64,000 nucleotides of DNA from NCBI GenBank assembly GCA_963674825.1, contig OY771587.1, positions 2,432,001-2,496,000 on the forward strand. The letters are read 5' to 3'. Position 1 is the first letter of the stretch, and each line of letters begins with the position of its first letter. Positions 28,721 to 39,437 of the stretch are shown piece after piece. This DNA is from Candidatus Cloacimonadales bacterium. Its GTDB lineage: Bacteria > Cloacimonadota > Cloacimonadia > Cloacimonadales > JAIOQZ01. Under the pieces are notes generated by a model. The model was given only the letters and a program-made list of their open reading frames with translations, had not been told where the DNA came from and did no database searches. Position numbers and translations under genes: made by a program.

Positions 28721-31717
28721 ATGAAGCGATACGTATTACTTTTTCTTGTTTTTCTGCTAATTTCACAGATTCTATGCGTTACTGTGACCCAACAACGAGC
28801 GGACACGATCGCAGAGAATTGGCTATCGTACATTAAAGGATCGCGGAGCTCGATCTCAGAGACGATCACGCTCGATTATGAAGGGCACAGTAGTCTCTAC
28901 ATCGTGAACTTCGAAGGTGGCGGGTTCGTTATCGTACCTGCCGATGATGCGGCGATTCCCGTATTGGGCTATTCTGATAAAAATCAGGCGGTTGCCGAGA
29001 TTACGCACCCAGCTGTACAGGAATGGTTCGAAGACTATCATAAACAAATTCATGCAGCAATTCAGCTAAACGAATCAAATGCAGAGACATTGCCGCTCTG
29101 GAACGAAATCGAGAATGGCGATTTCTCGCGTTATCCAATGTCTCGTGGCGTAGGCGCACTTTGCACAACTACTTGGAATCAGGGGCAGTATTACAACGAA
29201 CAGTGTCCAGTTGATGCAACATCGAGTGCTGGTAACGGACATGTCTGGGCTGGCTGCGTGGCTACCGCGATGGCTCAGATTATGAAGTATTACAACTCAC
29301 CAACTGCCGGCTATGGATCGCATTCTTTCACCTCTACTTACGGTGTCGAGTCAGCCAGTTTCGGCTCAACTTCCTATGATTGGACAAACATGCCGAACGC
29401 GGTTAACTCCGGATCGACGACAACGCAGAAGAACGCAGTTCAATCGCTGATTTATCATTGTGCGGTTGCGGTAGATATGGATTTCGGGCCTTCCGGTTCG
29501 GGAGCTCATAGCGGTAGCGCGCTCAAAGCGTGTGTCATGTACTTCAACTACGACAACGGTATTTCGTATGAAGAAATTGGATCGGATATCACTGCCTGGA
29601 AGACAATGCTGAAAACGGAACACAATAATAGCAGACCTGTATTATACTGCGGAACAAATGGCGCAAGCAGCGCTCATGCCTTTGTGTGTGATGGATATAA
29701 CGATAGCGACTACTTCCACTTCAACTGGGGTTGGGGAGGTGTCTATAACGGGTATTACCAGATTGGAAGCCTGACACCGACTGGACACGATTATTCCTAT
29801 GAAAATAGCGCACTTATCGGTATTACACCCAGCACCTCGTCCAATACCTATCCGCTTTTCTCAAGCTTCGATGGTTATGATGACGCTGGCTGGAATCGCG
29901 ATGTGGACGGCGATAGTACCATTGACTGGGGTTTCTACACTTATTCTCCTAATAGTGGTGTAGATTGCCTGGGAGCGAAGCATACTCCAAAATGGCTGAT
30001 CTCCCCACTGATTACATTGCCGGCGAATACCAACAATACGTTCACGATCTACACGAAGCGTTTGAATAGCTTCAATCAGGGACTCGATGTGCGTGTTTCC
30101 ACGACAGGAACCAATATCAACACTGATTTCACTACATTGCTGGGTAATATCTCAGTCGGTTCGTCATGGGTGCAATCTACCTATGACCTTTCCAGTTATG
30201 CGGGAACGACAATCTACCTCGGATTCAAGACAACCGGAACCGACGACGCTACCTACTATTATCTGTTCATCGATGACTTGCAGATCGAATCCACACCGGT
30301 AACCAATCCGACGCTTAGCGCGACCGACGTACCAACAGGTATTCTTTATCATCGTGCAACCACAGGCGGTACCATCAGTGATGATGGCGGAGCCAGCCTG
30401 ATTCAGCGCGGTGTATGCTATGCTCCATGGCCTGCGGTTCCTTCATCTGGAGTATTTGTTACGGCATCTGGCACAGATGTCGGATCATTTACTGTCACAC
30501 TGACGGGATTAATTGCTGGAATGCGATACAACGTCTGCTCGTTTGCTGTTAACAGCTTCAGCCTTTTCGGCTATGGCCCGGTGCAAGATTTCACAACGGA
30601 TGTCTATCCTCCGGATGGTACCAGCACGCAGACTGTAGTCGAAGGCGTTGTCACCTTCCCGTCAACCGGTTTGGATATTGATTTCACGGGAGTTGCTGGT
30701 TCAACGACTGATGATGTAACGATTGATGTGATCGAAGAAGCACCACAAAGTCCTGGCGCTGCATTCCTTTCAGCTACCAATCCGGGTGCGTTCTCCATTG
30801 TGATTACCAACAATACCGGCTTCACCTTTGACACTGGACAGCTCCAGTTCAATATCGTTGAATTGGATGGAATTGCCTCCGGTGGTATTAACACCAGTGC
30901 TTTCGCGACAATGGCAAACGGTACCGATACTGGTATATCGCTTTGGCATAGAAGCGATTACGAAAGTGGGGACTTTTCCTTCGTAAGCAATCTCCTCTAC
31001 CACGACAACAACGGCATCAATGGCGATCCGGACGACTACCTGTATGCCAATGTGGCTTCTTTCAGCGAGTTCACCATGAGCGGCGGATCGGAGCACACAC
31101 TGCCGGTAGAACTATCATCCTTCACTGCGACGATTACCTCGGAGGAAGCAGTCAAGCTTGACTGGGTTACTCAATCCGAGAACGATATGGCAGGATACAA
31201 TGTACTTCGTTCCGTGACAGATTCGATGGATGAGTCCGCGCAGCTCAATTTGCAGATCATCCCGTCGCAGAACGCGACCGAATCAACTACCTACAGCTAT
31301 GTTGACGTGGATGTTGTATCGGATGCGAGCTATAACTACTGGCTGCAGGGCGTTAATCTCGATGGAAGCACGCGCTTCTACGGGCCGGTTTCAGTGACGG
31401 TACAGTACACTGATCCGGGTGAGGGCGATACGCCGGAGGTTGTGTTGATCAATAACCTCGAAGCTGCTTACCCGAATCCGTTCAACCCTGCTACAACGAT
31501 TCGATTCAGCGTAAAGAAAGATGAGACCGGAAGTGTACGTATCTACAACCTCAAGGGCGAATTGATCCGTAGCTACGATGGTTATACATCAGGCGAACAC
31601 AAGGTTGTTTGGGACGGTGCGGATCGTTCGGGTAAAAAGGTCGGATCCGGTATCTTCCTTTATCGGCTCGAAACCGATTCCTATACACAAACACGCAAGA
31701 TGATGATGATCAAGTAA
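28721..31717 (+). CDS. Secreted C10 (streptopain/SpeB-like) cysteine peptidase with I69 propeptide, adhesin-like and FN3-like domains and a T9SS-type C-terminal domain
   Basis: GFVIVPADD...VLGYS propeptide; GCVATAMAQIM (catalytic Cys); HAFVCDGY (catalytic His); HFNWGWGG; LPVELSSF linker; YPNPFNP...RKMMMIK. Confidence 0.92.
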   Translation: MKRYVLLFLVFLLISQILCVTVTQQRADTIAENWLSYIKGSRSSISETITLDYEGHSSLYIVNFEGGGFVIVPADDAAIPVLGYSDKNQAVAEITHPAVQEWFEDYHKQIHAAIQLNESNAETLPLWNEIENGDFSRYPMSRGVGALCTTTWNQGQYYNEQCPVDATSSAGNGHVWAGCVATAMAQIMKYYNSPTAGYGSHSFTSTYGVESASFGSTSYDWTNMPNAVNSGSTTTQKNAVQSLIYHCAVAVDMDFGPSGSGAHSGSALKACVMYFNYDNGISYEEIGSDITAWKTMLKTEHNNSRPVLYCGTNGASSAHAFVCDGYNDSDYFHFNWGWGGVYNGYYQIGSLTPTGHDYSYENSALIGITPSTSSNTYPLFSSFDGYDDAGWNRDVDGDSTIDWGFYTYSPNSGVDCLGAKHTPKWLISPLITLPANTNNTFTIYTKRLNSFNQGLDVRVSTTGTNINTDFTTLLGNISVGSSWVQSTYDLSSYAGTTIYLGFKTTGTDDATYYYLFIDDLQIESTPVTNPTLSATDVPTGILYHRATTGGTISDDGGASLIQRGVCYAPWPAVPSSGVFVTASGTDVGSFTVTLTGLIAGMRYNVCSFAVNSFSLFGYGPVQDFTTDVYPPDGTSTQTVVEGVVTFPSTGLDIDFTGVAGSTTDDVTIDVIEEAPQSPGAAFLSATNPGAFSIVITNNTGFTFDTGQLQFNIVELDGIASGGINTSAFATMANGTDTGISLWHRSDYESGDFSFVSNLLYHDNNGINGDPDDYLYANVASFSEFTMSGGSEHTLPVELSSFTATITSEEAVKLDWVTQSENDMAGYNVLRSVTDSMDESAQLNLQIIPSQNATESTTYSYVDVDVVSDASYNYWLQGVNLDGSTRFYGPVSVTVQYTDPGEGDTPEVVLINNLEAAYPNPFNPATTIRFSVKKDETGSVRIYNLKGELIRSYDGYTSGEHKVVWDGADRSGKKVGSGIFLYRLETDSYTQTRKMMMIK

Positions 31718-31734
31718 TCTCAATAGCTTCATAC

Positions 31735-31768
31735 AAGCCCCTCTCTTGACCAAAGAGAGGGGCTTTTT
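31735..31768 (+). terminator. Rho-independent terminator
   Basis: AAGCCCCTCTCTT-GACCA-AAGAGAGGGGCTTTTT. Confidence 0.9.
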
Positions 31769-31862
31769 GCTTGCAGCAGAAAAGGGCAGTCACAGTGACC
31801 TGCCTCTGCGAGAAAAAACAATTATCATTTGCCATTCAGGGAAAACATAGTACTTTATCGAT

Positions 31863-31879
31863 ATACCCCCAGGGGGTAT
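31863..31879. promoter_or_regulatory. CsoR operator
   Basis: Perfect palindrome ATACCCCC-A-GGGGGTAT (C/G-tract type typical of CsoR) just upstream of the csoR RBS. Confidence 0.88.
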
Positions 31880-31898
31880 CGCGAAAAGGAGTGATAAC

Positions 31899-32210
31899 AT
31901 GAGCAAAAGTTGCCCAATGCACAGCAGGATGGCGCATCATCCGGAGGAATTCAAGAAGTTGCTGAAAAACAGGCTGAGCCGGATTGAGGGCCAGATACGC
32001 GGGATCAATCGAATGGTGAACGAGGACGTTTATTGTGATGACATTCTGGTGCAGATATCAGCGATCCAGGCGGGATTAACCGCCGTGGCAACAAAACTGC
32101 TGGAAGCGCACTTGAAGAGCTGCGTAGTCGAGCAGATACAAGAAGGTAAGCTCGATGTGATTGATGAGCTGATGCTTACGCTCCAAAAGCTGATGAAAAC
32201 GATGAAATAG
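31899..32210 (+). CDS. csoR: Copper-sensing repressor CsoR
   Basis: RLSRIEGQIRGI...YCDDILVQI...HLKSCV (Cys-His-Cys Cu(I) site). Confidence 0.92.
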   Translation: MSKSCPMHSRMAHHPEEFKKLLKNRLSRIEGQIRGINRMVNEDVYCDDILVQISAIQAGLTAVATKLLEAHLKSCVVEQIQEGKLDVIDELMLTLQKLMKTMK

Positions 32211-32224
32211 CAAAGGATAGCATT

Positions 32225-34450
32225 ATGATAAAGACGACACAATTGAAAGTTGGAGGCATGACATGTGCGTCGTGCTCCCGAGCGGTAGAGCTTGCGCTCA
32301 ACCGCGTGAAGGGTGTCGAAGGCGCGAGTGTGAATCTGGCGACGGAGAAGGCGATGATTGGCTTTGACGACTCTGTTTCAGATGCTGAGATGTTCAAACG
32401 GGCGATTGTCGATGTCGGATACAGCGTTGTTGATGACGAGATCAATCGCGAAGAAGAATGGGAGATGGCCCGAAAACGGATGTTGTTTGCATGGGCGATA
32501 ACGATCCCCTCCATGGTGTGGATGTTCGCCTCGATGGCGATGGGATTCCACTGGCCGAGTCCGCTTGTGATGCGCATAGGGATGTTGATTCTGGTATTGC
32601 CGGTGTTGGCTGTAAGCGGGAAGCAGACATTTATTTCCGCTTGGAAATCCGTGCGCCACGGAAGCGCTAACATGGATATGCTGATCGTCCTGGGCACCGT
32701 TTCTGCTTATAGCACCGGGATACTGCAATTCTGGCTTCCGATCGGTAGTTTTACCGGTGTGGCAGCGATGATTATGGCATTTCACCTGACGGGTAGATAT
32801 ATCGAGAAGAAGGCGCGCGGCAAGGCGTCACAGGAGATACGAAAACTGCTGGAACTGGGTGCGAAGACGGCTGTTGTCGATCGAGAAGGTATAGGGAAGG
32901 AGATCCCGCTGTCGGAGGTGATTGTAGGTGATGTGATGCTGGTCAAACCTGGAGCGAGGATCCCTACGGATGGTGTAGTTGTGGATGGTGCGTCTGCTAT
33001 CGATGAATCGATGGTCACCGGTGAATCGATGCCGGTTGCCCGGATCGAGGGGGATCCGGTAATCGGAGCGACCATCAATGGCAGTGGATTTCTGAAGGTG
33101 CGTGCTACGAAGGTGGGGAAGGAGACGTTTCTTTCGCAAGTTATTCAGATGGTGGAACAGGCGCAGGGAAGCAAGGTTCCTATACAGCTTCTGGCGGACA
33201 GGATCACGGGCTGGTTTGTGCCGGTTGTGATCGTTCTGGCTGTTACCGCGCTTAGCGCTCATCTGATCTTTCCCGAGATCTTCGTGAAGATATCTGCCTG
33301 GCTTCCGTGGTCTGGTTCGGAAATGAGCGATCTGACCCGGGCGATTTACGCGATGGTAGCTGTGTTTGTTATCGCGTGTCCTTGCGCGCTCGGACTGGCT
33401 ACGCCTACTGCTTTAATGGTGGGTAGTGGATTAGGCGCGAAAAACGGTATTCTGATCCGCAATGGCGAAGCGATCCAGGCAATGAAGGATGTGCGTGCGA
33501 TCGTATTCGACAAAACTGGTACGGTAACTCAAGGCAAGCCGTCAGTGACAAGGATGCAGTCCATGGATATCGGCGATATCGAACTGATGACGATTGCCGG
33601 TGCACTGGAAAGCCGATCGGAACATCCTCTGGCTGCTGCGATCATAGATTTTATCAGTGAGTACGTGGAGCATCAATTACCGGAGGTGGAAAGCTTTGCC
33701 AGCTCGACGGGCAGCGGCGTACAGGCGACGGTCAGGGGCATAAATTACTATGCGGGAAACGCTGGATATATGGCGGAAAAAGGTGTGGATGTCGAATTGG
33801 TGCAAGATGATGTAAGGCAGCTCGAGAAGCATGCTAACACCATGATCTATGTTGCAGATTCCAAGCGATTACTGGGTTATTTCGCAGTCACTGATCATAT
33901 CAAAGACGATTCTTGGGCAGCGATCAAAGAACTCAAAGAGATGGGTTTTCACACGATGCTGCTGACCGGCGATAATCCCATCAGCGCCAAGGCGATCGCC
34001 GATGCCGCCGGTATTGACGAAGTGATTGCGCAGGTTAAACCCAGCGAAAAGGTGGAGGCTGTAAAGGGCCTGCAACTGCGCTATGGTAAGGTCGCGATGG
34101 TCGGCGACGGAATCAACGATGCTCCCGCTCTCAAGCAAGCGGATGTAGGTATCGCGATGGGATCCGGTACAGATATCGCCATTGAAAGCGCAGACATTAC
34201 GCTGATTCGCTCCGATTTATCGTCAGTCGTATCTGCTGTGCTGCTCTCCCGCGCGACATTTCGCAAGATCAAGCAAAACCTGTTCTGGGCGTTTTTCTAT
34301 AACCTGCTGGCAATTCCGCTGGCTTTCAGTGGCCTCTTGCATCCGGTTGTGGCGGAAATCGCGATGGCGGGTAGCTCAATCACGGTTGTGAGTAACGCGA
34401 ATCTTTTGAGAAATAAGAATATACGACTCAACCGAAACTTCGGAAGTTAG
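32225..34450 (+). CDS. copA: Cu(I)-translocating P1B-type ATPase
   Basis: GMTCASC HMA domain, TGES, CPCALGLATP, DKTGT, SEHPL, GDGINDAP, YN and MAGSS TM motifs. Confidence 0.95.
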   Translation: MIKTTQLKVGGMTCASCSRAVELALNRVKGVEGASVNLATEKAMIGFDDSVSDAEMFKRAIVDVGYSVVDDEINREEEWEMARKRMLFAWAITIPSMVWMFASMAMGFHWPSPLVMRIGMLILVLPVLAVSGKQTFISAWKSVRHGSANMDMLIVLGTVSAYSTGILQFWLPIGSFTGVAAMIMAFHLTGRYIEKKARGKASQEIRKLLELGAKTAVVDREGIGKEIPLSEVIVGDVMLVKPGARIPTDGVVVDGASAIDESMVTGESMPVARIEGDPVIGATINGSGFLKVRATKVGKETFLSQVIQMVEQAQGSKVPIQLLADRITGWFVPVVIVLAVTALSAHLIFPEIFVKISAWLPWSGSEMSDLTRAIYAMVAVFVIACPCALGLATPTALMVGSGLGAKNGILIRNGEAIQAMKDVRAIVFDKTGTVTQGKPSVTRMQSMDIGDIELMTIAGALESRSEHPLAAAIIDFISEYVEHQLPEVESFASSTGSGVQATVRGINYYAGNAGYMAEKGVDVELVQDDVRQLEKHANTMIYVADSKRLLGYFAVTDHIKDDSWAAIKELKEMGFHTMLLTGDNPISAKAIADAAGIDEVIAQVKPSEKVEAVKGLQLRYGKVAMVGDGINDAPALKQADVGIAMGSGTDIAIESADITLIRSDLSSVVSAVLLSRATFRKIKQNLFWAFFYNLLAIPLAFSGLLHPVVAEIAMAGSSITVVSNANLLRNKNIRLNRNFGS

Positions 34451-34487
34451 AGTCTGATAAATGTAATCGTAACTTTGGAGGATAATA

Positions 34488-34703
34488 ATGAGAAAGATAG
34501 AATACCTGGTGAAGGATATGCACTGCGCAATGTGCAAGAAGGCGATCGAAAAGGCATTGTCCAGGCTTTCGGGCGTGGTCGGTGTCATGATCGATCTTGA
34601 TAGGCAAACTGTGACGATCGACACCGGGGAGGGAGCCGATGAAGAGAAGCTCGAGAGGATGATCACGTACCTCGGCTATACGCCGGAGCGAATCGAGTCC
34701 TGA
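34488..34703 (+). CDS. copZ: Heavy-metal-associated (CopZ-like) chaperone
   Basis: 71 aa with MHCAMC; follows copA. Confidence 0.85.
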   Translation: MRKIEYLVKDMHCAMCKKAIEKALSRLSGVVGVMIDLDRQTVTIDTGEGADEEKLERMITYLGYTPERIES

Positions 34704-34710
34704 GGCCATT

Positions 34711-35616
34711 ATGCACGATCATGCGCATCATCACCATGATGTTCCCCGGAGGAAGCTGCTTTTCGTAATCCTGTTGAATCTGATCATCACGATCGCGGAA
34801 GTTGTTGGCGGACTTCTTTCGGGGAGCCTTGCTCTCCTTTCCGACGCAATTCATAATTTGAGTGATACCATGGCAATGGTGATCAGCTATCTGGCGATGC
34901 TGATCTCTCGCAAGCCGCGCAACGAACGGAAAACATATGGCTACAATCGTGCACAAACGCTGGCGGCCTTTATTAACGCCTCGTTTCTGCTGTTGATTTC
35001 GGCCTATCTAATCTACGAATCGATTATCCGTTTCCTGCATCCTGAGCCGATCAAGAGCGGTCTTATGATTGTGGTGGCAGCGATTGGTTTGGCATCCAAT
35101 TTTCTATCGGTGGTTCTGCTGCATTCCCACTCGAAGGCAAGCCTGAACTTGCGCTCCAGTTACCTGCATTTACTGGGGGACACGGTTTCATCTGTTGGCG
35201 TCATCGCTGGCGGTATTGCGATCCATCTGTGGCATGTTTACTGGCTGGATCCGTTGGTGACAGTTCTGATTGCGCTCTATATCCTGCGCGAGACATGGCA
35301 AATTCTCAGGGAGTCTATCGACGTATTTATGCAGAGCGCACCCGATATCGATTTCGACGACCTGCAAACCAGTCTTGAAGCACTTGAAGGTGTTCGTAAT
35401 ATCCATCATGTTCACATCTGGATGTACGACGAGCATAGCACATGCCTGGAAGCGCATGTGGAAGTCGACGATATGATGCTTTCCGAAACGACGGCTATTC
35501 GCTTGCGTATCGAGAAGATATTGCACGATCAGTATCACATCGAGCATGCGACGCTACAAATGGAGAATGGCTCGAAGTGTGAGAAAGAACTGATTGTCTC
35601 GACTGAGCATGAATAA
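34711..35616 (+). CDS. czcD: CDF zinc/cobalt/cadmium exporter (CzcD/ZitB-like)
   Basis: His-rich N-terminus, SDAIHNLSD, TYGYNR, YLHLLGD, HHVHIW, HATLQME. Confidence 0.88.
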   Translation: MHDHAHHHHDVPRRKLLFVILLNLIITIAEVVGGLLSGSLALLSDAIHNLSDTMAMVISYLAMLISRKPRNERKTYGYNRAQTLAAFINASFLLLISAYLIYESIIRFLHPEPIKSGLMIVVAAIGLASNFLSVVLLHSHSKASLNLRSSYLHLLGDTVSSVGVIAGGIAIHLWHVYWLDPLVTVLIALYILRETWQILRESIDVFMQSAPDIDFDDLQTSLEALEGVRNIHHVHIWMYDEHSTCLEAHVEVDDMMLSETTAIRLRIEKILHDQYHIEHATLQMENGSKCEKELIVSTEHE

Positions 35617-36087
35617 GCATTCGAATACGTTCAATCAGGCTCAGTTGGGAATTTCTTGATTTTTATGTAAAAAAAAGGTAAGGACTCAATGGGTGTCGCG
35701 AAATTATGTAAAGTGCTGATATTGAAGGGAATACGGTGAATGGAATGACGCGTCGTGCAATTTATCTATCTGAATAATGAAAATTTTTTCGAGAAATCCT
35801 GAGAATTTCATTGACGCCAATAGGTGTAAAACACGATAAACTAATTGAAATAAAACCGGGGCGGCTATCATCATAACAAGCCTTTATACGGTTTTATGGG
35901 TCGTGCAAAACTACGGTTTGCTATCAGAAATTTTGCGTATTCCGGTGAAACGCTTGCGCTGCAATTTCTCACAATGTTAAGGTGCTACAAAGCGCAATAT
36001 ACTTGGTATATGCAGGAGAATGCAAGTCGGGCAACAACGGCGGGAAGTCCAGTGTAGACCCGTCCTCTGGCAGGAACAGGAGGAATA

Positions 36088-39000
36088 ATGACCAAGCGCG
36101 TTCTAACAATTCTCATGATGTTTGCAGCTATCTATCTATCCGCCCAGATGTTACCTTTACGCAATTACGATACGCGGGATGGATTGACTCAGAATCAGGT
36201 AATATCATCCTTTCAAGATTCCAAGGGCTTTATCTGGCTACGGACGCACGGAGGAGTTTCACGATTCGATGGCTTCAATTTTACGAACTACACAGTCTCG
36301 AACGGGCTTGCGTCGAACAACCTCAAGGGGATGATGGAAGACGAGAATGTTGGAGACGGCGTGATTTATTTCTTTGGATTTGCCACTCTCACTGTGCTTG
36401 AGAACGAGAAGTTGTACGCGTTCGACAAGAAATGGTTCAGGGATAATCTTGACGACGAGATTATCACCGTTACCTGGGATGGCGATTCGCTGAATACGTG
36501 GATCCACGCAGTATCTGAGACATCTGTTTACTTATACAAAAATGAAACAAAGACTTTTGAAAAGACATACGATCTCACGACTCTTCCGATCAAGATCGAT
36601 AAGCAGCAGATCAGCATTACCTTCGAAGAATACAATTTCTTTGTAATCTGCTCAACTGACGCAGTGCTGCTTATCGACGAAAAGTACAACCGCATCACAA
36701 ACCTGACGGAGGAACTGAAAATCCCTACCGGACAGGATCTGTATACATCGCTTATTAATTTCGATGGCTTACCTGACGACTATTTCCTATATACATATGA
36801 TCTATTCCGGGAGCAGAGCTATCTCTATCATTACAGCAGGAGCAAAAACACGGCTTCGCTTATCCTTAAATCAAATTCCATCGACTTTATTTATGCCCGT
36901 GATGACGAAGACGATGTTTCCTTTCAGCGGGATGAAGATGGCGCATACTGGATGCTAACGAGTGACGGGACAATATACCGTTATGTTCCGGGCGCAGATA
37001 AAGCTGTTAAAACCGAATACCGTATCGATACAAAAATAATCAATCTCAAGGAGCATCAGGACAACGTACTCTTTGAGGATGAGCTATGGATTGCGACCAC
37101 CAATGGATTGGGACACTACGCGCTAGATACGGGAAAGACTGTACTTTATACGCAAAAGAACGGGCTTTCGTCCAATTCGATCGAATCGATCCTGCTGGAC
37201 AGGGAAGATAACCTGTGGTTTGGAACCAACGGAACCGGCGTCGATATGCTGATTCCGGGAAAGATAACCAACTATACAGAGCGTAACGGCTTGCCTCACC
37301 AATCGACTGCGAACACAGTGGAGACACCTGATGGCTCGATCTGGTTCAGCTGCGATCGTGGAATCGCCCGGCTTTACCCGAATGGAACGATGGAAAACTA
37401 TACCCATGAGAATGGCCTCGAGAACGACCATACTTGGGCGCTTTCGCTTGATGCAAAAGGGAATGTATGGGTTGGATGCCTTTACGGCGACATCTATCGC
37501 TTCGACGGTAAACGTTTTGTCAACATGGTTCCTCCGGGTGTTAAGAAAGACCCGTCTTACATCACAGAAATCTTGCTTGATAGCGATGGTAATCTCTGGG
37601 TTCCCCGTTACGAAGAACTTATCCGCTACAGTGGTGACCATGCGAAAGTGATCAAGTTTGACGAGCCGATTGCAATATATGAGATGATCGAAGATCACGA
37701 AGGGCATCTTTGGGCCGCAGCGGCTGACAGTGGGCTTCTTAAGCTCGACAAGATGGGGAATATTCTGGCTGAATACAAGCCGGACCCAGCTCTCTTCACC
37801 ACAAATGTGGTCGATCTTCTGCAATTTGACAACAATACGATCTGGTGTGCTACATATGGCGAGGGAATTGTCGTATTCGATATCTCGAAAGAGAAGTACG
37901 TCGAGAAGATCGTCGATGAGTTTAAAGACGCAGAGATTATTAAATCGTTGATCCGCGACAAGCTGGGCAATATCTGGATCGGTACGATCAATGGTATCTT
38001 CGAATACAGAGATGGTAAGTACCGGAAATATACGATGGTCGATGGGCTTGTCGCCAATTCAACCCGTGCGAATGGCTCATACGTAGACAGCAAGGGCAAT
38101 GTGTGGTTCAATTCCGCGTTTGGTGCCACGAAGATTGATCCCTACAAGTCGGATACTGATGAAGTTCCGCCGCTGCTTTACATCAGAAATTTCACGACCA
38201 AGGAGCAGCGCTACACCGAGCCTGGCAAGCAGACCTATGTGCTTCCGTATTTCGACAACGATGTGAATTTCTCCTATATCGGTCTTGATTTCCGCTATCC
38301 ACGACAAGTGGTGTATGAATACTATCTTGAAAATTACGATTCAGATTGGTCGGAACCGACAAGCGAGACGAAAATCCGCTATACCAACCTCGATCCGGGA
38401 GTATACACATTCAAGGTGAAGGCCAACGACCGTCACGGTAATATGAGTAAAACCGCGGAAGTCCAGTTCCAGATCAAGAAAGCGTTCTGGGAGACTTTCT
38501 GGTTTTACGGGCTCGAGATTATCGTCCTCGGTGGATTGATATGGCTGATTATCCGCTGGCGACTGACAATCCTGAAGATGCGTAATGCAGAGCTCGAACG
38601 GCTGGTTCAGGAACGCACGCACGAGTTGAATGAGAAGAACCAGCAGATCATGAGCAGCATTCGCTATTCGAAGAGAATTCAGGGTGCGATCCTGCCAAAC
38701 CTTGACAGCTTGAATAAGGTATTCGATGACGTCTTTATAATCTACAAGCCCCGCGATATCATCGCCGGTGACTTCTACTGGTTCACCATAGAAGATAAAT
38801 ACCGGTTTATCGCAGCTGCGGATTGTACGGGACACGGCGTCCCGGGCGCGCTGCTTTCGATCATCGGCAACATGCTGTTGAATGAAATTGTCAAGCAGCA
38901 CAAGACGTTTGATCCTTCAAAGATTCTAGGTGAACTGCACACGCAGATGCAGATCGTGCTGAAGCAGGAGAATCCCGACGCTTCGACACGTGACGGATTG

Positions 39001-39423
39001 GAAATATGCCTCTGTCGTCTGGAGAGTGGCTCTCCGCGGATGGTGTTTGCGGGTGCGGGGCGTCCGCTTTATATCGCCCGGAAACAGCCGGAACGCGATG
39101 CAGCGATTCTGCTTGAGATCAAGGGGGACACCAAGGGAATTGGTGGAAAGCAACGAGAAGACGAGCGGAAGTTTACCAACCACGAGATCGAACTGCTGGA
39201 TCAGGACATGGTTTACCTTACGACCGATGGGTATATCGATCAGAACGACCCCAAAGACAGGAAGTTTGGGTCGCGTCAGCTGAAAGAGCTTTTCAGCACA
39301 CTGAGCGTCAAGTCGACCGAGGAGCAGAAAAGGCTTCTGGAAAAAGCGCTGAAGGATCATCAGCAACATGAAGAGCAGCGCGACGATATTACCCTGATGG
39401 GATTCAGATTTGTGAGTAAATAA
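36088..39423 (+). CDS. Membrane sensor phosphatase: beta-propeller sensor + Y_Y_Y + TM + SpoIIE/PP2C domain (SiaA analogue)
   Basis: Signal peptide; repeated DxxGxLWxGT/GL propeller motifs; YTNLDPGVYTFKV; FWETFWF TM; IIAGDFYW, ADCTGHGVPGA, TTDGYIDQ, QRDDIT. Confidence 0.92.
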   Translation: MTKRVLTILMMFAAIYLSAQMLPLRNYDTRDGLTQNQVISSFQDSKGFIWLRTHGGVSRFDGFNFTNYTVSNGLASNNLKGMMEDENVGDGVIYFFGFATLTVLENEKLYAFDKKWFRDNLDDEIITVTWDGDSLNTWIHAVSETSVYLYKNETKTFEKTYDLTTLPIKIDKQQISITFEEYNFFVICSTDAVLLIDEKYNRITNLTEELKIPTGQDLYTSLINFDGLPDDYFLYTYDLFREQSYLYHYSRSKNTASLILKSNSIDFIYARDDEDDVSFQRDEDGAYWMLTSDGTIYRYVPGADKAVKTEYRIDTKIINLKEHQDNVLFEDELWIATTNGLGHYALDTGKTVLYTQKNGLSSNSIESILLDREDNLWFGTNGTGVDMLIPGKITNYTERNGLPHQSTANTVETPDGSIWFSCDRGIARLYPNGTMENYTHENGLENDHTWALSLDAKGNVWVGCLYGDIYRFDGKRFVNMVPPGVKKDPSYITEILLDSDGNLWVPRYEELIRYSGDHAKVIKFDEPIAIYEMIEDHEGHLWAAAADSGLLKLDKMGNILAEYKPDPALFTTNVVDLLQFDNNTIWCATYGEGIVVFDISKEKYVEKIVDEFKDAEIIKSLIRDKLGNIWIGTINGIFEYRDGKYRKYTMVDGLVANSTRANGSYVDSKGNVWFNSAFGATKIDPYKSDTDEVPPLLYIRNFTTKEQRYTEPGKQTYVLPYFDNDVNFSYIGLDFRYPRQVVYEYYLENYDSDWSEPTSETKIRYTNLDPGVYTFKVKANDRHGNMSKTAEVQFQIKKAFWETFWFYGLEIIVLGGLIWLIIRWRLTILKMRNAELERLVQERTHELNEKNQQIMSSIRYSKRIQGAILPNLDSLNKVFDDVFIIYKPRDIIAGDFYWFTIEDKYRFIAAADCTGHGVPGALLSIIGNMLLNEIVKQHKTFDPSKILGELHTQMQIVLKQENPDASTRDGLEICLCRLESGSPRMVFAGAGRPLYIARKQPERDAAILLEIKGDTKGIGGKQREDERKFTNHEIELLDQDMVYLTTDGYIDQNDPKDRKFGSRQLKELFSTLSVKSTEEQKRLLEKALKDHQQHEEQRDDITLMGFRFVSK

Positions 39424-39437
39424 ACACATAGAATGGA

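Noticed and set aside
35895..35925. c-di-GMP-I riboswitch (GCAAAACTACGG resembles part of the motif, and a Sia-like operon follows)
   Set aside because: The upstream GGCAAA...GAAA-tetraloop P2 stem is missing and P3 does not form convincingly.
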